NCBI GenBank assembly: GCA_965261545.1
Contig: CBDHDF010000010.1
Location: 160,001 to 224,000, forward strand
Length of the DNA: 64,000 bases
DNA from: Bdellovibrionales bacterium
GTDB taxonomy: Bacteria > Bdellovibrionota > Bdellovibrionia > Bdellovibrionales > UBA1609
Direction of reading: 5' to 3'
Within the stretch, counting starts at the first letter, position 1; the number at the start of each line of letters is the position of its first letter. Below the pieces are notes generated by a model. It saw only the letters and a program-made list of their open reading frames with translations. It was not told the DNA's origin and searched no databases. Positions 11,025-20,926 of this stretch are shown here, one piece after another. A program made the translations under genes and the position numbers.

Positions 11025-13170
11025 TTCCTGTCCAGGGAAGAAAGTTAAGTAGTTTTAAGTATTTACATGCCTTCCCTTTAGATTTTATGCTTTAAAATGG
11101 AGTCCATCAAACATAATCCGTGTAAATTCAGTTACTTACATAAAACGGAAAAATAAAATAAGTTCCCCCCCCCCCTCTCTTGACGAACCTTTCACAGCCC
11201 CTCCCTTTCAGTGACTTATGTGGCTATCAACTGGTTACTTGATATGAGAGGAAGAGTTGGATCAACCTGTGTTTCCACCGTGGTGATTTCAAACCTCCTT
11301 CAGGGAAATAACATTACGTTGCGCATCAACTTCAAAAAATACTTGACGTGTTTTTTCAGAGAAATAATTTTTGATATTTTATTCTTCATTTATTTTTTAT
11401 GTAGGTTTTAGGAGGCGTGGGAACCTCTCTATGAGGTAGAATTCTTATCCATGTTCTCCGAGAACCTCTCTGATTTTTTTCTTCTTAAAAGACATCCTTG
11501 CTCACTTTTTTCCCTCAAAAAAACGTATGTTAATATAAAAATTAAAGAGAAACTTTCACCAAAGGGGGGACTATGCGCCATTTGAAGAAGACACAGTTGG
11601 GACTCTTTTCCCAATATCCTAACCACCAACTCAGTACAGAATTGCAGCAAATTAATAACATCATTGATCGCCATCCAGAGTTTGCCCATATGGTTCATGA
11701 AGACCTTGTTAAAGAAAAGAAAGATTCTGGTGATATTGGTATGACATCGGAGCAAGTTCTCAAGGTGGCTATTCTTAAATCCATAAGAGGTCTTTCCTAT
11801 CGTGCGTTAGCCTTTAATCTTGTCGATTCAGTATCCACCAGAGCTTTTCTGGGCCTTGAATTGGAAGAAAATTACGCTCACTCCACCTTACAGGACTTGA
11901 TTGTTCAAATAAGTGAAGAAACTTGGGGAATTATTAGCGCCTCTTTAGTTTCAGATGCAAGAGATCAAAAGATTGAGCCGTGTAAGAAAATGAGATTGGA
12001 CAGTACAGTGACGAAATCAAATATTCATCATCCAACGGATGCATCGCTTTTATATGACTGCATAAGAGTTACAGAAAGAGAATTTAAAAAAGTTCGTAAA
12101 AATGTCATGAAAGATTTTTGGCGACTTATTTCAAGAGAAGATCTTAAGAGAGCAAAAACCTTGCTTTACAAAATTAATAATTCCAAAAATGATGCGGAAA
12201 GACTACCTTGCTATAAGGAGCTTTTAAAAATCGCTACCAAATTGAACAAAGGATTACCTGATACCATCAGAAAGATAAAAAAAGAACAAAAATGTGTGAA
12301 GATGAATGCTTTGAAAAAGAGTCTAAAACAGTTAGAAAATGTTGCCTTCTACCTGGAAAAAATCATCTTTCAAACTCAAAAAAGAGTTATTGAGGGGAAA
12401 AAAGTATCTTCTGAAAAAAAGGTCCTATCCATCTTTGAACCGCATACAGACATTATTGTAAAGGGGCAAAGAGAAGTCGAGTTTGGGCATAAAATCTTTC
12501 TGACCTCAGGGCAAAGCAACATGATTTTAGATTGTCAGATCCCTGATGGCAACCCCGCAGACTCTGATATGTTTTTAAAAGTTATGAATTCAGTGACACA
12601 AACCTATGGGGCTTGCCCTGTAAAAGTAAGTGCAGATGGTGGGTTTGCTTCAAAAGAAAATCTTGAAGAGGCCAAAGAGATGGGGGCTAAAGATGTTTGC
12701 TTCCCAGAAAAAAAAGGAATGAAAATATTAAAGATGGTTAAAAGTGCTTGGGTCTTTAAAAATCTTCTCAATTGGAGAGCCGGAATAGAGGCTGTTATTT
12801 CATTCCTTAAGAGATGTTTTGGTATGAGAGTTGCTTACTGGAAAGGGCATGATGGTTTTAAGAGGTATGTAAAGAATGCCGTTTGTGCCTATAATTTTGT
12901 TGTCTTGGCAAGACATGAATTATCAACTGTCACCTAAATTTATCCATTAGGAATAACAGCAATGGACCAGGTCGAAGGTGCTAAAATCTTCCAAAGGTAG
13001 GGGTGCGTCTTCAAATCGAAAAAACTAGGGCGCAAGTCGCTTAAAGACCTTTTTCCCCTTAATCTGTAGAGTTTGTGTGGCAAATCTCCAACTCTCACTC
13101 CCCCATTGAGGCATTGGGAGGCTCAATGGGGAGTGTCAGAGAACAAAAAATGGGCCTTTCTGGACAGAAA
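11025..13170 (+). mobile_element. ISNCY/IS5-like insertion sequence, copy 2 (tandem)
   Basis: Nearly identical to copy 1 (F>L change, poly-C length). CTAAGTAG at 11017-11024 and 13171-13178. Confidence 0.85.
11573..12937 (+). CDS. ISNCY-type DDE transposase
   Basis: Same as 9419-10783 except one residue. Confidence 0.85.
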   Translation: MRHLKKTQLGLFSQYPNHQLSTELQQINNIIDRHPEFAHMVHEDLVKEKKDSGDIGMTSEQVLKVAILKSIRGLSYRALAFNLVDSVSTRAFLGLELEENYAHSTLQDLIVQISEETWGIISASLVSDARDQKIEPCKKMRLDSTVTKSNIHHPTDASLLYDCIRVTEREFKKVRKNVMKDFWRLISREDLKRAKTLLYKINNSKNDAERLPCYKELLKIATKLNKGLPDTIRKIKKEQKCVKMNALKKSLKQLENVAFYLEKIIFQTQKRVIEGKKVSSEKKVLSIFEPHTDIIVKGQREVEFGHKIFLTSGQSNMILDCQIPDGNPADSDMFLKVMNSVTQTYGACPVKVSADGGFASKENLEEAKEMGAKDVCFPEKKGMKILKMVKSAWVFKNLLNWRAGIEAVISFLKRCFGMRVAYWKGHDGFKRYVKNAVCAYNFVVLARHELSTVT

Positions 13171-13184
13171 CTAAGTAGCCCATA

Positions 13185-14693
13185 GTGGCTTGCAACTCAT
13201 TGGAGGCTATCTTTAACAACGCTCCCAAATACCAACGACACCGCCCTGAAAAGACTCTCCTTTACAAATTGGTGCAAGAAAATCTACTCACTTTCTACCG
13301 GCACATAGAAAATGAGCATGAAAATGGCCTTCCCCAGTTCGTTAAAAAAGAATTCGATGAGTTTCTCAAGTGTGGAATTCTTGCCCATGGTTTCTTGAGA
13401 ACCCAGTGTGAATCTTGCCACCATGAAAGGCTTGTGGCCTTTAGCTGCAAGCGTCGAGGCTTCTGTCCAAGCTGCGGCGCAAGAAGAATGGCTGAAAGTG
13501 CAGCCCACTTAGTTGATGAAGTTTTTCCCCAAAAACCCCTACGACAATGGGTCCTTAGCTTTCCTTTTCAAATAAGATTCCTCTTTGCCAAAAATCCAAA
13601 GGTCATGGGAGAGGTCTTAGCCATCGTTCATCGAGCCATTTCCACCTACCTGATCAAAAAAGCTGGTCTCACCAAAAAATCAGGAGCCAAGGCGGGTTCT
13701 GTTACCTTCATTCAACGCTTTGGCGGAAGCATCAATCTCAATATTCATTTCCATATGATGTATTTGGATGGAGTGTACACATTCCCCGAAGGTAAACCTC
13801 ATTTTCACCCCATAACTCCACCCACCCAAAGTGAAATGGATCACATCTTGGTGAGCATAGCTCATAGAGTGGTCAAGCACCTAGAAAAAAAGGGACTCAT
13901 CCTAAGGGATGAAACAGGGCAAGAGTATCTGGCTATGGAAGCCTCTGACAGTATGGACCAAGTCCACGGATCATCAGTCACCTATAGAATAGCTCTCGGT
14001 CCTCACAAAGGGAAAAAAGCACTGACTCTTCACACTGTATCAGCAAGAGGTAAAGATTTTAACAGTGAATTTCTCGCCAAATATTCTGGCTTTAGCCTCC
14101 ATGGAGGAGTCGCATGTAGAGCCCATGAGAAAAAAAAGCGAGAGAGGGTATGCCGGTATATTTCAAGACCCAGCCTCAGTGAAGAAAGGCTCTCATTAAA
14201 TACCAGGGGCCAAGTTGTCTATAAACTCAAAACTGCCTATGACAATGGAACCACTCATATCGTTCTGGACCCCCTTGATTTCCTTAGCCGTCTTACCTCC
14301 CTCATCCCTCGACCACGAGTGAATCTCACAAGATTCCACGGAGTTTTCGCGCCCAATTTCAAATATCGATCCTCAATCGTCCCTCAATTCCAAATCGAAG
14401 CCTCCATCGATGAAGACTCAAGGGAAGATGCCTTAGATTTGGAAGATTCAGAGCCAAGGCCAAACAAGAAAAAATCTTCAGGAATGACCTGGGCTCAAAG
14501 GCTCAGGAGGGTTTTTGACATAGACATTGAAACTTGCCATGAGTGTGGTGGAAAAGTAAAAGTCATTTCTTCCATTGAAGACCCTCAGGTCATTGAAAAA
14601 ATTCTTACTCATCTCGGCATCACCTCACAACCTCCAAGCCTATGGCCTCCTAGAGGCCCACCACAAAGTGAGAGCTTCGATTCATTTTCTTAA
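13185..14693 (+). CDS. IS91-family/ISCR rolling-circle (HUH) transposase
   Basis: Zn domain (CESC..SCKRRGFCPSCG), NIHFH HUH motif, RVCRYISRP catalytic Tyr, C-terminal CxxCGG..RGPP. Confidence 0.93.
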   Translation: MACNSLEAIFNNAPKYQRHRPEKTLLYKLVQENLLTFYRHIENEHENGLPQFVKKEFDEFLKCGILAHGFLRTQCESCHHERLVAFSCKRRGFCPSCGARRMAESAAHLVDEVFPQKPLRQWVLSFPFQIRFLFAKNPKVMGEVLAIVHRAISTYLIKKAGLTKKSGAKAGSVTFIQRFGGSINLNIHFHMMYLDGVYTFPEGKPHFHPITPPTQSEMDHILVSIAHRVVKHLEKKGLILRDETGQEYLAMEASDSMDQVHGSSVTYRIALGPHKGKKALTLHTVSARGKDFNSEFLAKYSGFSLHGGVACRAHEKKKRERVCRYISRPSLSEERLSLNTRGQVVYKLKTAYDNGTTHIVLDPLDFLSRLTSLIPRPRVNLTRFHGVFAPNFKYRSSIVPQFQIEASIDEDSREDALDLEDSEPRPNKKKSSGMTWAQRLRRVFDIDIETCHECGGKVKVISSIEDPQVIEKILTHLGITSQPPSLWPPRGPPQSESFDSFS

Positions 14694-14914
14694 CTTCTGA
14701 CTGTCCTGAATGACGCATAGGGCTGTATCATCTGCTCCCTCTATGTTCATGGAGAGGTACGTCTCAACACCATAAAACAACATATTTTTCTGGCCTTATT
14801 TTCCTCAAACTTTGCCCAACACCATCCTAAACCACCAGTTAAGCCCAAAAATCCTATTGGAGCTTTCGCTGGCCTCTGCAGTTTTTACTGATATGCCTTG
14901 CGGATTTCTAAAAA

Positions 14915-14936
14915 AGACCTTTTATCCTTCCTATTC
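14915..14936 (+). other. Candidate oriIS end of the ISCR element
   Basis: CCTTCCTATTC about 240 bp after the transposase resembles the ISCR oriIS (..CTTCCTATAC) and coincides with the istA truncation. Confidence 0.55.
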
Positions 14937-16296
14937 ACTCCTTGCCCTCTTTCTGGATTTCTTTGTGACAGGAGCTTACAAAGCCCATAGCTCTTCTGAG
15001 ATTTTCAATGGTCCCACCCTGAAAAAGCTCCTCAATGAAGTTTTCAAGCTCTTTACAAATCATACTTGCTTGAATGAGAATGTTCTGGGGAGTGGCCTCC
15101 TTGTAGGCGCGACTGGGCTCCGGGAGGTGTTCGTTTTTGGTGATGTACTCTCCGAGTTTACCTTTGGTCCTCTTGTGGCGAGCGAGGAGCTGTTTTTGAA
15201 AGTAAATCTCCACACTCTCCACTCCAATTTTTACATCTACATACTCCCCTCGGTGCTGAAACGGAGCCGAGTAGAAGTTGGATTCAACGCTCACATGACA
15301 GTCTTGGTGGAGTTTTTTCTTCTCCCAACGTCCCCACCGGTAGGGAAAAGAAGGCAAGGGTTTTAAAGTTTTTACCTCTCGTTGAAATTTTTCATTGCGA
15401 GAGACCTTAAATCTTGTGTGAGGGCGAGCATTTATCTTCTCGCACACCTCCCTTAAAGCCTTATTAATTTGATCCAGACTGGTGAAGGTCTCTCGTCTGT
15501 ACATGAACCTGAGGGCCCTTGTAACGAGCTTCACGGCATTCTCAGTAAGGCTTTTATCCTGGGGACGACGAACTCGAGCGGGAACAGCCACCGTGTCATA
15601 GTGTTCCAAAAGCTCTTGGTAGGATTTATTCAACTCTGGATCATACAAATGGGGTGTGTTCACTCCAGTCTTTAAATTATCAGGAACAACCACTCTCGGA
15701 ACCCCACCGTAATATTCAAACATCAGAACGTGAGCGTGAAGAAAATCTTCACTAGATTCGCTCAAAGAGCCATAAGCAAAAATACGCTGAGAGAAACATA
15801 GATTTGAGCAAAATATATGGGCCTTATGAATATTAAGGTCTTCATCGATCCACTCTGGCTGAAACCCTGCGTAATCAACCTCAACTTGGTGGCCTGGCTG
15901 AAAATCACGCAAGGTAATAATCCTTTTGCCAGCTTTTGGAAATTGCTTATGAAACTCCCTCGTAAACTGGGGGTAGCTAATGACCTTCAGAAATTTTTCC
16001 TCCCAAACGTCACTTAAACAATGCCTATCCTCAATCTCCTTCTCAATAATCTTCCAATCTATACCGTAAGACCAAGGGGGAATTTCTCTTTGGGTCTTCC
16101 AATCCTTGGGGTCTGTTAAAAGACCACGTCTTATCTTTCTAAGAGTCTTGGTGCAGCATTTCATGCGGCGACTGATTTCTCGGTCGGGAATATTTGCCTT
16201 TATTAATGATTTTATTTTTGTGTAACGCTCATGATCCATCTTTGTTCTCATTTCGACCTCCTTGGTTAAAGATTGGAGGTCTTTATAGAACATCAA
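14935..16296 (-). pseudogene. istA: IS21-family transposase IstA, C-terminally truncated, istB absent
   Basis: PGHQVEVDY, GGVP..VVPDNLK, PQDKS.TE and H..FKVSR motifs. Ends abruptly at the ISCR end. Confidence 0.88.
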
Positions 16297-16855
16297 TGAC
16301 GCTATGCTAAGGGGAATCAGTCATGCCAATCAGTGCGGGCAATGCCATGGTTCGCCGGGCGAACTGAGATAAGATAGGGGGTTAGAGTCCCCCGAGAGGA
16401 AGGTCAACCGACCACTTCTCTCCCCAAGCCGTGCGCGGTCGGCCGTGAGGCCGAAGCGATGTATCGGTAGGGGTGTGTGTGGGCCAAATAATTGAGCGTC
16501 GAAAATGCCGAACTCTGGAGTGCGGAGGCTGTCATGGTAGCCGAACGCAACATACCCACCAGCGCTATGGTGAGTTGGTGGGTAACTCCACGGCGTCGTA
16601 GAAACTGGCACATACATGAATCTTATCTCGGGACCTCGGGAGGTCTTTATTTAACCCCGTCATGTGCGACGGGCGACATGGGAAAGGAGGTAACCGTAAC
16701 CCATGAACGAAATAAAGAAATCGGATCCACTCATAGTAGCGATGAAGAGGACGAACAAAGGGCCTACAAGCCCAGCGGAGTCCTTGGAGCGAAGGGGTGG
16801 AACTGAAGGGAACTCAATCCGTCAAAGCATCTGCCGAACACAGAGTTGGGAAAAG

Positions 16856-17067
16856 GTGTCACAGGCGACGGAGCGAGTCCGTATAGCAGCAAAGAGAAAG
16901 GATGGTAAGCTCACTTGCTTGCTTCACCATGTATCTGTGGAAGCCCTCCACTTGGCTTACCTCTATTTGAATAGGGGAGCCAGTGCGGGAGTGGACCATT
17001 TAACATGGAAGGAGTATGGCGAGAACCTCGTGCAAAACCTGTTCGATTTACATCGTCGGGTCCACAC
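16856..17067 (+). pseudogene. ltrA: Group II intron RT/maturase, N-terminal part
   Basis: SQATERVR..LLHH..A.GVD.LTW.EY..DLHRRVH. Interrupted at the AC core 17066-17067. Confidence 0.85.
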
Positions 17068-18682
17068 TACTCCCCGGACACAATGGCAAACTTTTGGAGG
17101 TTGGCACAACGTGTCGAACTACAATTTCACTTGCCTTAATGTTCACCTCAACCTCCTTCACCAGTAGCCTTACAATCTCCTTTTTTTGCTCAAAACTCAA
17201 TACCTTTAAATTGGCACTCACTTTTTTTTGGAATTCTTGGAGTTGATCTACAAGCTGTAGTTGTTGTCCTTCTTGCCTTTGCTCATACTCTAAAGATTGC
17301 TTTTCATTTTCAAGTTGCTTTATTTTTCCTCTTATTTTTTTTAATCGTGACTCTATTTCTGATAGATTTAGAGTTCCATTTTGATAAAGATCCAAGAGAC
17401 GTTCCTTTTCATGTGTTATTTGACGAATCTCCTGAGCCTTTTTTACAATTAATTTTTCCAATGATTGTTGTTCACCTTTTTGCTCATGAATTCTACTTGT
17501 ATACTCATCTATAACTGTCTGAGGATTTTCAAGTAATTTAACTGTTTGTTCCCAAACTAAGTCATCTAAAACTTCAACTCTTACGGGATGAGATGAGCAA
17601 ACTCTACCTTTAGCTGGCCACCTATAACCATCTTGTCCCATGCAGCGATAATAACAAAGCTTATACCTTGAGTGAGAAGCAGGTTTGCCATAGATCGAAT
17701 AACCACACTCTTTGCATCGTAAAAGACCACTTAACAAATACTCATATTTTTTATTATTCCGAGAGGAAAGTTTTTTGTTAGCTTCCAATTGGCTGGACGC
17801 ATCTTGAAAAGTTTTTGAAGAAATTATAGATGGAACGGGAATATATATCCAATCCTTTTTATTTCGATTGGAAGAACTTGATTTATGTTTTTTTGGATAA
17901 AAATTATTGTCTCTTGCGAACTTGGTTGGACGCAACCTTTCTACCTTGATAGTCTTTCTAAAAGCAGCTTGTCCATAATAAGCGGGATTTTTAAGCATAC
18001 ACAAGATAGTTGAACGCCCCCAAATACCTTGTTGTCTTCTAGTAGGCACCCCCCTTATATTTAATTCCTTTGCAATTGCTCTAATACTTAGTTTGTTTCG
18101 GCAATACATTTGAAAAATATTTTTAACAACTTTAGACTCTTCTGGATGGATTTCATATCGTGCGTCAGCGGAGTCTGTTTTCAGAATATATATATAACCA
18201 TAGGGGGCTCCACATAAAACGCTAACAAAGCCCTTAGAAGCCTTTTGAAGTTTACCCCTTCGACTTCTTTCCATAATTTTTTCTCTTTCATATTCTGAAA
18301 TGACTCCTTGTATTTGTAGCAAAAGCTGATCTTCGGGTGAATTTGTAATATCTCTATTAGAAAAAATAATTTCAACACCTAGCCTCTGAAATTCTTCAAT
18401 TAGAATCAATTGATGGGCATATTTACGAGCTAATCTGTCTGGACATAACACAAGTACCTTTGTAACCTCCCCAGAAAAAGCTTTGTCGCGAAGAGAGTCT
18501 AAAGCAGGACGAACAAGGGTGGCGCCACTCACACCATTATCCATAAATATAAGATCCTCCTCTACACAAAAATTGTGTTCCTTAGCGAAATCGTGAAGAC
18601 TAGAAATCTGTGAATCAATGGTTCCCTCTTGAGCTTGTTTATCTGAGGACACTCGACAATAAAGAGCTACTGATGTTTCCAT
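17048..18682 (-). CDS. Large serine recombinase (resolvase + recombinase + Zn ribbon + coiled coil)
   Basis: YCRVSS, DRLAR, E.ER..I.ER, PYGY and LRCKECG..YYRC motifs. GGAGG RBS. Confidence 0.93.
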   Translation of the reverse strand: METSVALYCRVSSDKQAQEGTIDSQISSLHDFAKEHNFCVEEDLIFMDNGVSGATLVRPALDSLRDKAFSGEVTKVLVLCPDRLARKYAHQLILIEEFQRLGVEIIFSNRDITNSPEDQLLLQIQGVISEYEREKIMERSRRGKLQKASKGFVSVLCGAPYGYIYILKTDSADARYEIHPEESKVVKNIFQMYCRNKLSIRAIAKELNIRGVPTRRQQGIWGRSTILCMLKNPAYYGQAAFRKTIKVERLRPTKFARDNNFYPKKHKSSSSNRNKKDWIYIPVPSIISSKTFQDASSQLEANKKLSSRNNKKYEYLLSGLLRCKECGYSIYGKPASHSRYKLCYYRCMGQDGYRWPAKGRVCSSHPVRVEVLDDLVWEQTVKLLENPQTVIDEYTSRIHEQKGEQQSLEKLIVKKAQEIRQITHEKERLLDLYQNGTLNLSEIESRLKKIRGKIKQLENEKQSLEYEQRQEGQQLQLVDQLQEFQKKVSANLKVLSFEQKKEIVRLLVKEVEVNIKASEIVVRHVVPTSKSLPLCPGSSVDPTM

Positions 18683-19007
18683 TTTTAACCTCCATTATTT
18701 TCTGTTGTTTTACTTTCTGCTTTAATTGTTTCTTTATTTTTGGAACAACAACTTCGTATGTCTGTTGAATCCGTGTGGTTTGGTCGCTTTGATAGACACT
18801 TTTTAGCTGAGCTGTCCATGGATTTTGATGTTTTGTTTGGTGGGCCATTATCATTCCTTTGACTATGGTTCGAAGCTAAATGGGAAGAATCCTCAGGTGG
18901 ATGCCAACGATAGTGAGCATATTTACGACCACTTGCATAAAGTGAATGATTATATATATTTATGGAAATTTCAATGGAAAAGTTGTCTATTGTGTCCGAG
19001 GAGTAAC
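17066..19007 (-). mobile_element. Minimal large-serine-recombinase element integrated in the RT gene
   Basis: 28-bp imperfect inverted repeats (17068-17095 and 18978-19005, 4 mismatches), each abutting a duplicated AC dinucleotide. Confidence 0.88.
18639..18854 (-). CDS. Small basic protein upstream of the recombinase, possible directionality factor
   Basis: AAGGA RBS, overlaps the recombinase start, only other gene in the element. Confidence 0.5.
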   Translation of the reverse strand: MIMAHQTKHQNPWTAQLKSVYQSDQTTRIQQTYEVVVPKIKKQLKQKVKQQKIMEVKNGNISSSLLSSVLR

Positions 19008-20127
19008 GGGTGCTTACAAAGGGCAACCTGTCTTGCGGGTAGAAATACCCAAGTCAGACGGGGGCACAAGACCCTTGGGTGTCCTGGCCTTGGAGGACAA
19101 GATTGTCCAGAAGGCCGTTGTAGACAGCATCCTCTCTCCCATCTACGAGGAACATTTCCTCGGTTATAGCTACGGATTCCGTCCAGGGCGTGGAGCGCAT
19201 AATGCGTTGGATGCTCTGGCTTACGGAATAGAGCGTAGAAAGATCAGCTACATATTGGATGCGGATATAAAATCCTACTTCGATAGCGTGGATAGAAAGA
19301 CTCTAATTCGCTTTCTAAAACACCTCATCGGAGATGAGAGACTCATTCGTCTCTTTGAAAAGTGGCTCAAGTGCGGAGTGCTATCTCAAGGCGTCTTAGA
19401 AGACACAGGGAGAGGGACCGTTCAAGGTTCAAATATTTCCCCTATCTTCGCCAACATATATTTACATTATGTGTTGGATTTATGGATGCAGAAATGGCGC
19501 AAGGACCATGCCACAGGGGACATGATATTTGTTCGCTACGCCGATGACTTTGTCGTAGGCTTTCAATACAAGGGGGAAGCTGAACGCTTCCTCAATGATC
19601 TGAAGCGCAGGCTTAAGGAGTTTTCTCTAGAAATACATCCGGGGAAAACTCGCCTCATAGAGTTCGGTCGATTTGCAAATGCAAATTGCCGCCGACGAGG
19701 TCTTGGTCACTCCGAGACTTTTGATTTCTTAGGATTCACTCACTTTTGTGTGCGCACGAGGAAAGGAGGCTTTAGGATAGGGCGTAAACCCATATCCAAG
19801 AGAGTCTGCCGGACCTTACAGCACCTGAAGCTGAGTCTGAGAAAACGAGTCTACACGAGGGACCTAGCGGAATGTGCAAAGTGGTTGGGTTTGGTCATCA
19901 AAGGCTGGCTCAATTATTTTGCGGTTCCAGGAAGTACGGTGTACCTACGAAAATTTATTTGCGCAATCAGGAGTGCTTGGATGAAAGCCATCCGACGACG
20001 CTCACAGCGTGGACGGAGATTCTCGTGGAAGAGGTTGGATAGAATGATTCGTCTATTCTGGCCTCGTATATCCATACGCCACCCGTGGCCAACAGATAGG
20101 TTCGCTATGCGGTACCACCTGAAGTAG
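19006..20127 (+). pseudogene. ltrA: Group II intron RT/maturase, C-terminal part (no endonuclease domain)
   Basis: IPK..G.TRPLG, SYGFRPGR, DADIK.YFD, QGS.ISP, RYADDF, FDFLGF, GW.NYF and terminal HPWP motifs. Confidence 0.92.
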
Positions 20128-20199
20128 GAGCCGGATGCTTTAACGAGCACGTCCGGATCTGTGCGGGGGGTGCGTGGCAACACGCATTCCTACCGTAAC

Positions 20200-20360
20200 C
20201 AACTGGTGCGGGCAATGCCATGCAACTGGTGAGGGTAATGCCATGCAACTGGTGCGGGCAATGCCATGCAACTGGTGAGGGTAATGCCATGCAACTGGTG
20301 CGGGTAATGCCATGCAATCGGTGCGGGTAATACCATGCAACTGGTGAGGGCAATGCCATG
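20200..20360. repeat. Seven tandem 23-bp repeats CAACTGGTG(C/A)GGG(C/T)AATGCCATG, eighth unit at 16327-16349
   Basis: Counted directly. No spacers. Lies adjacent to the IS21 TGT terminus. Confidence 0.93.
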
Positions 20361-20725
20361 CAATTTTACAATACTATCAGTTTAAGAAGAATCTACCCAC
20401 AAGATTGACTCTGCAAGTGCTTTGTATTGAACTTTTAAGGGATTGATGAAAATTTTAAGGCCTTAAACCGACAGTGTCGAGCTCAACCTATGACTAAATG
20501 CTGATTGAAGAGGGCACAAATTGACGCTGTGGGTATATAATCTACAGTATATCGTTAGCACACCCTTGATTGAAGTGAATCAGCATATGTCCAATATCTC
20601 GGGTTATAGACACCACCTCCTTTTCAAAAATTCTTAGGGTAGTATCAGTGGTGTCCTTCATGTATATCTGAGTGGCAACACACTGTACGAACTATGACAA
20701 TGGAGCCACCTAATCATTCTGGACT

Positions 20726-20926
20726 TTACTGGGATTTTCTACCCTGACTCCTTCTTGGCCCTTCCGAGTCACTAAGCAAGGCATCTGTAAACTTGGTGGT
20801 TGGAGTTAAGCCACGAAGGATTTGCTTTGTGGCTGCCTCTTGGAAGAATTGAAAAACCTCCACAGCAGAAAAATACATAAAGACCCAAAATAAAGTGCCT
20901 ACAATTAAATCAGTTAATGCTTTCAT
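20726..20926 (-). CDS. Small hypothetical membrane protein
   Basis: GGAGG RBS, ATG start, hydrophobic N-terminal helix. Confidence 0.55.
   Translation of the reverse strand: MKALTDLIVGTLFWVFMYFSAVEVFQFFQEAATKQILRGLTPTTKFTDALLSDSEGPRRSQGRKSQ

Larger units (their letters stand above)
16350..20199 (+). mobile_element. Group II intron inserted between two units of the IS21 23-bp repeat
   Basis: DV at 20128-20159 and DVI ending in AAC at 20199. Removing 16350-20199 restores the repeat periodicity. EBS1-like CATGGT in a hairpin loop at 16533-16538 pairs with exon GCCATG. Confidence 0.9.
14937..20370 (-). mobile_element. IS21-family element (left part) carrying a nested group II intron
   Basis: TGT terminus at 20370 (minus strand), 23-bp repeat array, then istA. 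Confidence 0.75.

Noticed and set aside
18946..20127. RT as a stand-alone retron/DGR/defence RT starting at 18946
   Set aside because: The first 20 codons are element DNA. The true N-terminus lies at 16856-17067 and DV/DVI follow, so it is an intron RT.
20200..20360. 23-bp repeat array as a CRISPR
   Set aside because: Units are contiguous with no spacers, there are no cas genes, and the array abuts an IS21 terminus.
20693..20724. 32-bp resemblance to the ISCR transposase (about 14238-14270)
   Set aside because: Too short and gapped to call a remnant without an alignment statistic.
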